Shown: positions 51,801 to 63,761, counted from the first letter of the stretch. The stretch: DNA of 64,000 nt from Paragordius varius (GCA_964247055.1 OZ176056.1:7936001-8000000); one strand, 5' to 3'. Made by a program: numbers and translations. The notes: generated by a model from the letters alone, not told the origin.

Positions 51801-54800
51801 TAGGTACACCATTTTCTATACGTCGTTGATTTAGTAATTCCGAACGAGTTGGGTTAGAAGATCGTGATATTTTAGTCGAATTCACATTGGTCGTAGTATT
51901 TGATGAGGAGGAAGAAAATTTCCGTAAACTAGCACGGAAAATGTCTTGACGAGAATCAACGTATAGTGTGGAACCAAAATTAGCTGTAAACCTGATTTAT
52001 TATGCAAAAAAAGTGATTATTAATGATTCAAGATTGCTTTTTTTGAAACCATATTAATAAATAAAAATGTTAGGATTTAAAACATGTTATATATACCATT
52101 TACAGTTCAAATTCACCCTTGAACAATTCAAATTCACCCTTGAACAATTCAAATTCACCCTAAAAATAAATTATGTATTTTCGAACTAATATAACTCATT
52201 ATTAATATGAAATATATGTTTATGTTATAGTTTATTATTTTTTCAGTATTATTAATTTAAAACAAATTATTTATTTTTTAAAAATATATAAAAATATTGG
52301 TAATTTTTAATCTTAAAAAACATAATTTTATTTGAGGGTGAATTTGAATTGTTCGAGGGTGAATTTGAAAGGTGTAAATGATATATATACGTCTCGAGCT
52401 GCTTTAATAATTTTGGTTTTTTTTATTTATTTTATAGGCCCAATTTTGTATGATATATTTTTTAAATAATCGTAAATATTTGATTTGAATCCAATTTTTC
52501 TATATTTTTTAACACATTTTTTAGGGTACTTTTGCGTACCAAACAAAGCGTGTTAACATCCTCCTTGATCTATAATTTTAGTTAGTATATTTATACTTAG
52601 AAATTATATATACTTTAAAATTGGCTGTATAATTATAAATTTAATTGTTTTTTAATTGCAAAACTATTAGCTTTTTACAGCCACTTGTCGATCTAAAATT
52701 GGACTCAATAATTCTTAAACAATATATAAAATTACGTCAACGATATCAGAAAAAAGGCTAATCTGAATATTCGATATATTAATTTTATGATCATTTTTTA
52801 GAAATTGGTTGTAACCCTAATAGAAACATAATTAATTATTTTATAGATAGGTACAGACCAATAGCTTGAGATATTAATTTTAATATAAAAGTTAAAATTT
52901 AAACCGAGTACTTTTACTAAGTTACATAATTTTAGCTATTAATAAAAATGTAAAATCTTACATAAATGCAAAGTAAAATATTAAAATTTTAATATTTTTA
53001 CATATCGGATATGATAGGTCCTCCTGTACGATCTTTCCAACCCAGAATAACATCAGTAGATTTCTAAAATATTATAAATTAATTACGGTAAAAATGAAAA
53101 TTATAAAGACATAATGTAAAAAATATAAGGATACATTTTTTATAAAAATATAATTATATATTTTATACCCTAAATTCTCAAATATAAACTATCATTTTGC
53201 GATATATAGGGATGTAAAATGGTAACTTTCTAAATCATATACATAATGGTTAATTGTAATGGAATAAATCAAGGTTTAAAAAAGTGTGGTTGCCTTTATA
53301 AAATATATATTATTTTAAATGTTACGTTTTATTGTTTACATTTATTTTACTTTTTATTGTAATTAATATTTTTAATTAATTAACTAATTACAGTTTCGTA
53401 TGGTCAAAAGCGCTCAATAGCTGGTAAAAAAACTTTTTCCTTATACTTTAACACTAACTTTTTATTACTATTTTGGAATGATTACATTAAACTTAATACG
53501 CTGCTGTAATTTTAATAAACAATTAATATATTAATACCCTATCCAAATTTTTCGATAACATAAGTCCGCTAAAATCACCCAGTTCACGAGACATTTGAAT
53601 GTCATTGAAATCCATATATTTCGTTATTTCATACGTTACCATATACCTATTAACAATAATAAAATTATAAAAATGCAAATTAAAAAGCCATTTAAGATCA
53701 TTTATATTAGGGTAGTAAAGTTGGTTTGGCTTTACAGATTGATTATTTAAGTTTAAATCAATATGGTTTTGAAAAAATATACTCCCGCTTGCTATTGCTA
53801 TTATATAAATATGGATATATTTGAAATGAATTTAATTACAATCTTTATTAAAAATATCAATATATATACAATATGTATTTTAATGGTTTCCTATTTCACA
53901 CTATAATTGGGCCATTTGTAATACACTAATTCTAATATATGACTGTATATTTATATAATTAATTATAAAAAAAAGATGTTTCATTATTATTTTATACTAA
54001 GTTTCAAAGAAAAAATAGAAAAACTGACCTGAAAACTTATATATGAATGAGGTTTTACATTAAAACACTACAAATACAGATATATACATTGTAATTATTA
54101 ATTTCTCACAAATAGCCTTCAGTTATGTTTTTAAGGAATTAAATTAATGGCCAGTTAATAATTTGTTTTAGGTAAAAATTACGGAATTTCATTACATAAA
54201 GGTAATATTTATTTTTTTTGATTTGGCATGGATATGTCATAACTTTTTATTAGGTCCTAATTTTAATTTTTAAACAGAAAATCTTTATCCTTATTCCTAA
54301 CCCACAAAATCATTAGCTTAAATTTAATAAACCATAAAACATTTAGAAATTTTTCGCATAAAATATCTGATATTACCACATTTAAAAATATAATTAAATT
54401 ATCCAATTTTTTAAGTTCTTCAAAACTTATCTCAAACCCTTATGAAACATAATTTTATCTAAATTTAACCTCTATAAAACAGCATTTTAAAAAATTTGAA
54501 AAAACTTTAAAAAAATCAGTTTTTTGTAAAAATACCAACCTGCCATGGCTACGTGATTTGCGATCCCGTTTTATACTAATTTTATATTCACAATTATCGA
54601 GTGTTTCACAATTTTCGGGTTGATAAGCTAATATTTCATCACATAATAGCTTAGTATTTGAATTTTGTGGGTTTTTTTCTTTTTTATTAAGTGAATCATT
54701 TGTATTCCCATTGTTATTATTGTTATTGTTATTATTGCTTTGAGGGTGGAGAACAGCTGATGTTTCAATATTAATTGGTATGGCTTGATTATTTTGATTA

Positions 54801-57392
54801 TTTACGATTTCATTTTCTGCAAAATAAATGAAAATTTTAAACATTTATTTTATATTTTAAAAGAAAAAATAATTTATAAAGAAAGAATCAATTTATAAGA
54901 AAACAAATCCGTAATTTTTGGATATAATTCTAAGTTGCCATGAGTAACTCATTTTTTATAATACAATTTGAATAAACTTAAATATTTAAAATGAATCAAA
55001 ATTTGATTTTCCTATAAAAATATATTTATATTTTACTTTTAGAAATAGAGACATAAGATATATAAAATAAAATATACAAATTTTTTATTAATAAATTTTT
55101 ATTTTTTTTGATTTGTTTATTAGAACTTATTTTGGGTTGGAAGAAAGGAATAGAGGTGTAAATTGGTATTACTATAAATATAAATTTCTCAATTGTAATA
55201 TAATATTTACAGTTAAAATTTACCCTTTAACATTTCAAATTCACCCTCGTACAATAATTCAACCTAAAAATAAATTATGTGTTTTCAAACTAATAAAACT
55301 CATTATTAATATGAAATATATCTTTATGACATAGTTTAATATTTTTTCAGCATTATTATAATTTAAAACAAAATTATATTTTTTAAAAATTTATAAAAAT
55401 ATATATAATATTAAATCTTAAAAAACTTATAATTTATTTGAGGGTGAATTTGAATTGTTCCAGGGTGAATTAACATTGTTTAAGATTAAATTTGATTTAT
55501 AAATGGTATATATTGATTATATAATAAAAAATCAAGGATGGCAATTTTTGGTCTTAAATTAAAAGTTTGAATAACAGAAAATTTTTAAAAATAGCTATTA
55601 ATAAATATATTTACCCCATTTTTATATTATTTCACAAGATCATAACATAAATATTATAATATAATATAAAAAAATTAAATTTAATTTTATACAAAATTCA
55701 ATTTAAATAAGCAAAAAAATTTAAAAAACAATTTTACCTGAGCCCTCTGTTTGATTCGAAATAGAACGCTGAATACTATCAAGGTTATCGGTTAATTGAG
55801 ATTGTAAGAAGCGATCATATCCATCTAAATTGATTGGTAATATTAATAAATTGATATATTAAATAATTTTTAAATTTTATTTCAATTATATCTAATATAT
55901 ATTAAAAATTATAGAGAATTAAAAATAAAATATCTTAGGCCATACTATGTGTTATAAACATTACAAAATAATTAAAAAATTTTGTTTAAATTAATAAAAA
56001 CTTATATTTTATCAATAATATATAATATTAATTTAAAAAAATTATTAAAAATAAAAAATTTAAAAAAAATATTTTTATATGCCCCCTCAGACCCAAAATT
56101 TTAAATAAACAAAGTAAAAAACTTGAAAATCATTTGCTCTAAAAATTCATCAGAATTAGTTTTATTTAATTTGCTAAAAAAAATTTATGAATAGGGCGTG
56201 TGATTGGAATAAAGAATTATACCGTATATGTATATATATATATATATCTTTAATAAATTTCGAGAAATTTAAATTTTTAATTTTAATCCATAAAACAGTG
56301 GTTTTCAAAAGAAGAGCGTAGAAAAATCTAAGGGTGCGGGGGCGAAAAAATTTTGGGAAATTTGTTAAAAAATAAAACTAGAAAGAAATTGAACAGGTGT
56401 GTGAATTATCAAGATTTATCACCAATATGGGCGAAATAAATATTTCAAAAATGGCACACATATGAATCTTATTGATTGTGATTTTTATATTCATTATAAA
56501 ATATTTAACATTTTAATCTTGGATTTTTTAACAGGAAGAATAATTATTTTTATAACATATTTTTAAAAAAAAATTTTTTTTATATATTAATAAAAAAATT
56601 TAAAAAAAAGGTAAATTTACTGATAAAATCGACAGTCCCTGTTCCACTATGCATATGGGAGCGATCTTTTAGGGCAAATACGTCAGGAATCTCCATAAAA
56701 GATGTGATTGATCTTTTTTATAAAAAATTTATTTTAAATTTAAAAATAATAAAAAAATTAAATAATAATTAATTAATTAATATATTAATACTAAAAATTA
56801 TTTTATGTAATTTTATATTTTGTAATTTTTTTTAAAATATAATTTTAAATAATTTATAATTATTTTATATAAAATTTAAAATATTAAATTTTTTAAAAAA
56901 TATTCCCAAAAAAATATTAATATGAAAAAATAAAAATACTAGCTATTATATCATAAATATAATATATAATTTATTTTATATATTTAAAATATTTATTATT
57001 TAAAAGAAATATAAATTTATATATTCAATTAATCATAAATAATAAAATATAAATTATTTAATTGTAAATTTCATAAATATTAAAATACATATCAAAATTT
57101 TTATAAAAATTATAATTAAATTTATCTTATCAAAAAAATACCTAGGACTTCGGCCAATAGCCCACATAACTTTCATAGTTGAATTATTGAATTCGACATC
57201 GATATCGTCTAAATCTGTATATTTTTTATATTGCATAATGAAATAATTACATAGATCGTAAAATATTATAGAAAAAGTTATATAAATAAGTTTAAAAATA
57301 TAAATTAATAAACGAAATAATATATAAAAATTATATAAAAAATTTATTTAATTTACAAATAACCTATGAATTTTAACACCTACATCTTAATT

Positions 57393-57425
<33 letters not shown>

Positions 57426-58356
57426 AAAAACTTACCTATATTAATAGTATATATTTATAAAAATTAGGTCAATTGCACAAAAAATTTATTTTTCTTTGAA
57501 ATGTATAAATAAAATAAATATTAAATTTTTTTTAACTTAAAATAAATTTATAAAATACATTTTTTTAAAGAAATAAAAAAATAGTAAAAATAAAAAAAAT
57601 GGGTACTTTTAAATCGTTTTTTAAAATAGACAAAAGTTAGGCCATTTTCCTCGTGCGTACTGGCATCCAAAATATTATCTTCACCGTTTCTGCCCCTATA
57701 AAAAATTTATAATTATTTTAAATTTATTACAAAATTAGTTTTTACAATTTTACAGTAAAAAATTAAATTTTACTATGGAAAAAACATACGAATATAAAGA
57801 CAAATATTTTCCTTTAAAAAGACAACCCCATACTTTCTAAATCTTAATTTTTTAAATATAAATCATTGTTTTATAATAGCAAAGTATAAAATATGTGTAT
57901 TGGTAATACAATCAATTCTTTATTTCACAATTGTAACTAAATAGCTTATATGAGAAAAAATAAGGTATTAAAAAGTATGGTTGTCTTTTAGAAAAAAAAA
58001 TATTTGTCTTTATGTTTTAACGTTTTGTCCGTCTAATTTCAATTTTTACTGTATATATTGATTAAAAAAAAATTTTCTCGAAAATTTATAATTCACTATT
58101 GTTAAAGTGTACTGCACTATAAAAATTATTTGGAGACAGTTAAATTTAGTGTGATTTTTGGGATTCAAACTTAAAACAATAAACTTTTGTAATTGGAAAG
58201 AACAATAAAGCTTTTAAGTGTAATTTTATGATATTTTATGAAAAAATTCATTAAAATTTAAGTATGTATTAATATTATTTTTTTGACTATATACATTTCC
58301 CAAAAAAAAATTAAGTTTTACTGATCGCAAACTCAAATAATTAACCATTTTATTAG

Positions 58357-58391
<35 letters not shown>

Positions 58392-61300
58392 TAAATTCAC
58401 CGTTAAACAATTGAAAATCACCCTTGAACAATTCAAATTCACCCTAAAATAAATTATGTGTTTTTCAAGATTAAAAATTACCTATATTTTTTTATATTCG
58501 TAAAAAAATGAAATTTCGTTTAAAAGTAATATAAATACTGAAAAAAAATAAACTATGCCATTATTTCTTATTAATAATGAGTTAGTTATATTAGCTGCCC
58601 GAAAACACATAATTTATTTTTTAGGGTGAATTTGAATTGTTCAAGGGTGTATATATAATTTTACCGTAAATCAAAATTGAAATCCTCCACAAGATTATGT
58701 ATTTCATCTTTGAAAAGGGGATTTTGCACTTTTGCCAGGGGTAAAACAACATCCACAATCCTATTAAGATTTTCAGTTTTAGCACAAGCTAAGATACCAT
58801 CCAAACATGTGTAATCTAATGAATTGTTTTAATTATTAAATTTAATTTTATATCATATTAATAATATTGTCAACGAGAACAAATATTTTATGTTAAATTA
58901 ATAATTTGAATTCTTGTAATATATATTAAATTAAATGGATTAACTAAAACAAAAGAAAATAATAAAAAGATAGTTTAATTTAATAAATTTTACGAGAATT
59001 CAAATTTATATCATATTGTTTCGATTTTATCCTTTACAATTCAAATTCACCCTAAAAACAAATTATGCGTTTTCGGGCTAACATAACTCATTATTAATAT
59101 GAAACATATCTTCATAGCATATAGTTTATTATTTTTTCAGTATTACATTAATTTTAAACGTATAATTTTATTTTTTTTAAATGTATAAAAAAATAGAGGT
59201 AATTTTAAATCTAAAAAACATATAATTTATTCGAGTGTGAATTTGAATTGTTTAAGGGCAAATTTAATTTGTTTAAGGGTGAATTTGAATTGTTCGAGGG
59301 TGAATATGATTGTTAAGGGTGAATTTGAACTGTAAATGATATATATATAGTTGGAAAAATGCGATAAAAAATCAAACAATACTAATAAGGATAAAGTTAA
59401 TTAAAATTTGTAAAAATTCATATAAATTTTATAAAAAATTAAATTAAATCTACCTGTACGTTCCCGGCCCTCATACAGGTAATCATCGAATGGGTTAGTT
59501 GCACAAACTCTATTAGATGTACGCAAAAGTCCAACAGCAGTTTCAGATGGTTGATTTCTTGCAGAATTTATATTATGATTTTGGGACCAGCCAAAAAAGA
59601 CCCAAGACGTTGTTTCAGCCACTAAAATTATTTCAATTTCCCCATTTTCCTATTACACATATATTATATTTTATTTTTTAAAAAAATTGATATTTATTTA
59701 AATAGATATGTTTAAACTTATTTTGGATAATTGGGAAATAGAATAAATATCTTCTTGATTAGTATGGTCGAGTTTTAAAAAGGTGTTTATAACAAGAATA
59801 TTTGATGTGAACCTTAACAAGTAAAATTTTATAAACGTATATTAATTACAATAAATTAACTAAATATAATTGAAATAAATATAAATTCGCTAATCTACAT
59901 CAATTATTAGTTTTATCCCTTTATTATTTATATATTTAAAATTTAAGTAGTTTTAACTTTTAACTAGTTATATTTATGTTACCTTGAATACCAACATGGT
60001 TAATTTTATGCAATAAAATGAGTTAAGTATCCATATTGAATTATGGATTATAAGTAGAAGCAAATTTACGCCTATTCTTTTTTTAACGACAATTTTTTTT
60101 TTCTATGCATGTGCCAAGCATAAATTTAGCCAATATTGAGCTTTGCAATTTTAGAAATGAAATGTATTGTAAAATATTAATGAAAGTTAAATAATTGTAC
60201 TTTGGATATCTTCCAATAGAGTTGGACAAGGGGTGATAGTTTGACAGTTGCCATATTATTCGGATTGATTGATTTAGCAACAGATTCTAAAAGGTAGGCG
60301 GAAAAAAAATGTACCTTTTAAAAAATTTTTGGTTAACATTAAATAAATCGACAATTAATTGTTAACCCAATTATTAACTTAAAATAATCAAGGTTCTGGT
60401 ATTTTTAATTTATATATATATATTTTTTGCTGTAAATAAGCATCTTAATATATATGTATATATATTAAATTTATTAAAAGTTTGATCTATAATCCTAAAA
60501 TAAAAATATATCCAATCAAATATCAAATTATATCTATCTATATACCAAAAAACGCTTTCAAAATTTTAAAATCCTGAATAAAAAAATTTTTTTTCTGATA
60601 TAATTGCCAACTTTTTTCACAACCAGGTCCAAACCAGCCATCTTGGCAAAAACACAATGCCCGTGGATGCATAACATGTATAGGAATACTACTTGAAAGC
60701 TGAGAATTCGTTTTTAACATATCTATACATCGGCCCGCATTTTGCCTAGCACAATCAACTGATTCAAAACATTCATCTATTGATAAATATCATTTTTAAA
60801 ATTTTACAAAATTTTAAAATTTAAGAATTCAAAAATTTGATAAATTCAATAAAAAATTCATTTTAATATTTTAAGTTTTGTGAAATTAATTTATAAACAT
60901 TTTGTGTGCACAATCAAATAATTCAAAGTATTCATTATTAAAAATAATTTTAATTCAAGAGATATTGGATATTATCTATATTTTATAATTTTGTCATTTT
61001 TAAAAAATTATATTTTATTACGCAATAGTGGTCATTATTATTGTAAAAACTGAGATACCATTTCAAATTTATATGTCACCAATATTTTATATAGGATGAA
61101 GGATTTAAGAATGATAGAAAATAATGTATGTTTAATTTAACGCTATTAAACAACCATTTTTTTAATCGTTATTTATAAATAAATTTGGTCCGTGGGTATA
61201 ATTTTTAATAATTTGAAATAATATAAAATTGGAAACAATCAGATTTTATATAAAACACTAAGATATTAAGTTAAAATTAAAAAAGTTTTTGCTAATCACC

Positions 61301-63761
61301 CCCAATTATTAAAAGTGTAAAATAATTTTTAAAGCATTGACATACATTATTGTCTCCTTTCTGTGGCATATAAAATATAATATATTCTTGTGGATTTTTA
61401 TGAATTAAAAATATTTAAATGGGCAAAAATATCTTTCCGATACCCAAAAAAATTTTTTTGTCTCTTTTATATGACTGCATTAAATTAAAATAATGCTATA
61501 AATAATTTTCGTATGATTTTATTTTTTAGTAATTTTATTACTTTATAATCCTTAAATCTATATTAATTTAGGTACTTAAAACTTTTTTATTATCAATTTT
61601 TTTACAAAAAACTAACTAATTTTCCGTATTTATATATAAGCTTAAAAATGCGTAATAAAAAAACCTTTATATTGACAATATTTGCCAGAATACAGCCAAT
61701 CGCAAGCACATTCTTTCGTATTAGAAGCGAAAACACCCCTACCAGAACAATTGATTTGTCTTTCATCTAATTAGAAATTATTTAAATATTTATGAAATTG
61801 GAATAAATTTTATAAAACTTTTTTTAAATAAAAAGTCGAAAATTTACAAATTATATTCATTGGAAAGCCCATATTAGGGTTTTTAAAAAATTAACCTATT
61901 ACATTAATTGATATGATTAAAGTTTTGGATTTATTTATTTTTAAATTATTCCTTATCAATAATATTATAATAAACCATTGAATGTATTAAAAATTGGATA
62001 ACAATATACTACTACCCCTTATATACATTTAAAATAGAGGAAAAATCGCTAAAATATTTATTTTAAAATGATATATGACTTTAATACTGCAACGTTAATT
62101 AATAAAACCAAAGGGTATATACCATTTACACTTCAACCTTGAACAATTCAAATTCACTCTCAAATAAATTATTTGTTTTCAAGATTAAAAATTACCTATA
62201 TTTTTTTAACATTTAAAAAATAAAATTTGAAACTTTAAATAATACTGAAAAAAACAATAAACTAAATCATAAAGATATATTTTATATAAATAATGAGTTA
62301 TAATCCGAAAACGCATAATTTGTTTTTAGGGTTAAAATTGTTCAAGGGTGAGTTTAATTTGTTAATGGTAAATATATAAAATAAACACAAAATATTAAGT
62401 TTTAAAACGACAAAAAAATAAGCCAATAATTAATATTTTAAAATATTAAAAAAAATTAAAATATATAGTTTTTCTAAATGAATAAAACTATGCGAAAAAA
62501 TAATAAAGCGCATATATTCAATAAAATATAATTTTTAATGAAACATAAAAGCATAAAAATGAAATAAAATTTGCAAAAAACCTCAATCTTAAAATATATA
62601 TAAAATACATTATTAAAATAATCAAAACTAATAATTATACTTATATAAATTTCCCAAAAAAAAATTTGAAAAAATCATAAAAACAATACCAAAATAATTT
62701 AAAATAGTAAATATTGCTATAATTATTTTTTTGTAGCCATTTTAAAAATTATAATGGAAAAATCTTGATTAATTCTTTTATAAAATATTTCCCTAAAAAT
62801 ATTCAGTTTTAACAATAAATTTCTAACTATTTCCTGTATAAAAAAAATCAAAATTATATACCCTCAACCAATTGAACCCGGGCACAAGAATGGGAAACAA
62901 TGTTTCCATTTCCAAACGAAGTGCTAAGCCTAAGGACACAAAAAGGCCGACACGATTTTAGGGCTGTAATAGAGACGGGTTGAGGTATTTCAATTTCATA
63001 CAATGTTGCACTGCAAACAAAAAAAAGGTTAAAATATAAAAAGACTTTAATTTTAATTTTTTTAAAAAAAGAAAATAAAAATTGATAAAGTTTATTAGTA
63101 GAGTCTTACATATTATTTAAATAAATATTTTGCGAATTGAGACGGGTTGAGATATATCATTTTCATACAATATTGTTCTGCAAAGAAAGAAAAAAATTTT
63201 AATTTTAAAATGACTTTAGTTTTAATTTTAATTTTAAAAAATAAATAAAAATTGATAAAGTTTATTAGTAAATTCTTAAATATTATCTAAATATTTTTCG
63301 CTAATTGAGATGGGTTGAGATATATCGATTTCATACAATGTTGCACTGACTGTGGTTATAAAAAATTAGAAATTTTGAAAAATATATTGTTAATTTTTAT
63401 ATAAGAAAAATTTTAAAAAGATCAATTAGAAATTATTTATCAAAATTAGTTTATTTGTCTATAAAAAAAATGTGAATAAATATAAAACAATAAAATTATT
63501 TAAAATCGCCACATAGGCAGAGAGTTACCCGGATATCACTTTTCAATAGAATTTAAATAGATATCTTTTTGATCAAAATAATTTAGATTAAACTTTATTA
63601 ACATGCAGTAAAATTATTTCAAATTAAAATTTGCAATATACATACTCAGTAGCGACAGAAACCGTATTTAAATCGCCCAAGTTTCGTTTTGACGTTAGGG
63701 GTGTCAGTGTATTAACTATGCCTGGATGATTGTAATTCCACATTTCCAATTGAATCCCATG
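34547..63761 (-). CDS. Giant single-pass membrane protein: N-terminal Cys domain, 2 EGF-like, 2 DOMON-like, Kunitz, SEA, Thr-rich stalk, TM, long cytoplasmic tail (5' end not found in window)
   Basis: Minus-strand exons in transcript order: 63761-63646, 63010-62862, 61766-61665, 60776-60612, 60286-60201, 59649-59454, 58815-58665, 57695-57607, 57214-57142, 56712-56621, 55824-55738, 54816-54540, 53646-53538, 53063-53002, [uncertain 52864-52855, 52816-52736, 52569-52530], 51991-51797, 50831-50713, 49160-48942, 47840-47650, 47194-46952, 46562-46471, 45160-44787, 44362-44212, 43514-43041, 42648-42352, 41759-41281, 40898-40791, 40022-39918, 39458-39333, 39217-39123, 39037-38976, 38223-37889, 37560-34829, 34636-34547. 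All GT-AG and phase-consistent except one unresolved junction between 52530 and 51991. Confidence 0.82.
34829..37560 (-). CDS. 2732-nt exon: Thr/Ser-rich stalk, TM helix, cytoplasmic tail
   Basis: Open frame extends upstream of the listed 689-aa ORF to an acceptor at 37561. Hydrophobic [20 protein letters not shown] (about 36180-36236) is followed by basic RRAYLKRKK (positive-inside rule). Confidence 0.9.
37889..39217 (-). CDS. SEA domain spread over three exons
   Basis: [32 protein letters not shown] / [20 protein letters not shown] / [13 protein letters not shown]. Spacing and the FxxGSIV motif fit SEA. Confidence 0.7.
42122..42333. mobile_element. MITE family B
   Basis: TA|CAGTATGCATTTAAATGGTTGC...AAGCAACCATTAAAATGCATA. 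Confidence 0.8.
43470..44362 (-). CDS. Kunitz/BPTI domain split by a phase-2 intron
   Basis: [40 protein letters not shown]|[12 protein letters not shown], six cysteines in Kunitz spacing. Confidence 0.9.
45412..45737. mobile_element. MITE family A, right end truncated
   Basis: CCATTCACAGTTCAAATTCACCC arrays on the left, a degenerate GGGTAAATTTGAATT arm on the right, then long (TA)n. Confidence 0.75.
45768..45832. repeat. (TA)n microsatellite, about 32 units
   Basis: Uninterrupted TA run. Similar runs at about 12436, 18248, 18700, 20153, 22263, 25115, 26203, 39891 and 58362. Confidence 0.95.
48711..48912. mobile_element. MITE family B
   Basis: TTTTAATGGTTGCTTATCACACACTATAGT...AATAAGCAACCATTAAAATGCATACTG|TA; lies 30 nt from an exon donor. 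Confidence 0.8.
48942..54620 (-). CDS. Second DOMON-like domain of the receptor (multi-exon, divergent, with insertions)
   Basis: [25 protein letters not shown] / YMVTYEIT...FSGLMLSKN / [20 protein letters not shown] / [11 protein letters not shown] / DCFYFFVP...RPICMEFC. Confidence 0.55.
49869..50154. mobile_element. MITE family A
   Basis: TA|CCATTTACAA...CTGTAAATGG|TA. Confidence 0.83.
50962..51245 (-). mobile_element. Short non-autonomous Helitron (284 bp) related to 31896-34211
   Basis: Minus strand A|TCTATATATATTAATAAAAATGGAAAATGCTGGC..., 3' imperfect hairpin GTCTGCGTAGCAGCACGAC, then CTAG|T. Confidence 0.72.
51524..51771. mobile_element. MITE family A
   Basis: CCATTTACAGTTCAAGTTCACCC...GGGTGAATTTGAATTGTAAAT. 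Confidence 0.75.
52096..52381. mobile_element. MITE family A
   Basis: TA|CCATTTACAGTTCAAATTCACCC x3...GGTGTAAATG. Confidence 0.85.
55204..55506. mobile_element. MITE family A
   Basis: Degenerate left arm, conserved interior, right end TAAATGG|TA. Confidence 0.75.
56621..60286 (-). CDS. First DOMON-like domain of the receptor
   Basis: LYWKISK / [19 protein letters not shown] / [14 protein letters not shown] / [22 protein letters not shown] / MKVMWAIG / H..GTGTVDF, the DOMON beta-sandwich pattern. Confidence 0.75.
57753..58051. mobile_element. MITE family C
   Basis: TA|CAGTAAAAATTAAA...AATTTTTACTG|TA, colinear with 25905-26196. Confidence 0.75.
58388..58648. mobile_element. MITE family A, truncated termini, between TA runs
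   Basis: 21-bp arrays at both ends with the conserved family interior. Confidence 0.75.
59031..59339. mobile_element. MITE family A
   Basis: CCTTTACAATTCAAATTCACCC...GAACTGTAAATG. Confidence 0.8.
60612..61766 (-). CDS. Two EGF-like modules
   Basis: NCSGRG...[14 protein letters not shown] and DECFESVDC...GRCID...[13 protein letters not shown]. Confidence 0.85.
62122..62368. mobile_element. MITE family A
   Basis: TA|CCATTTACAC...GTTAATGG|TA. Confidence 0.78.
62960..63350 (-). repeat. Three tandem units of about 168 bp spanning an acceptor of the receptor gene
   Basis: CAG|TGCAACATTGTATGAAATTGA..CTCAACCCGTCTC-like block with exon starts at 63010, 63177 and 63345. Confidence 0.8.
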
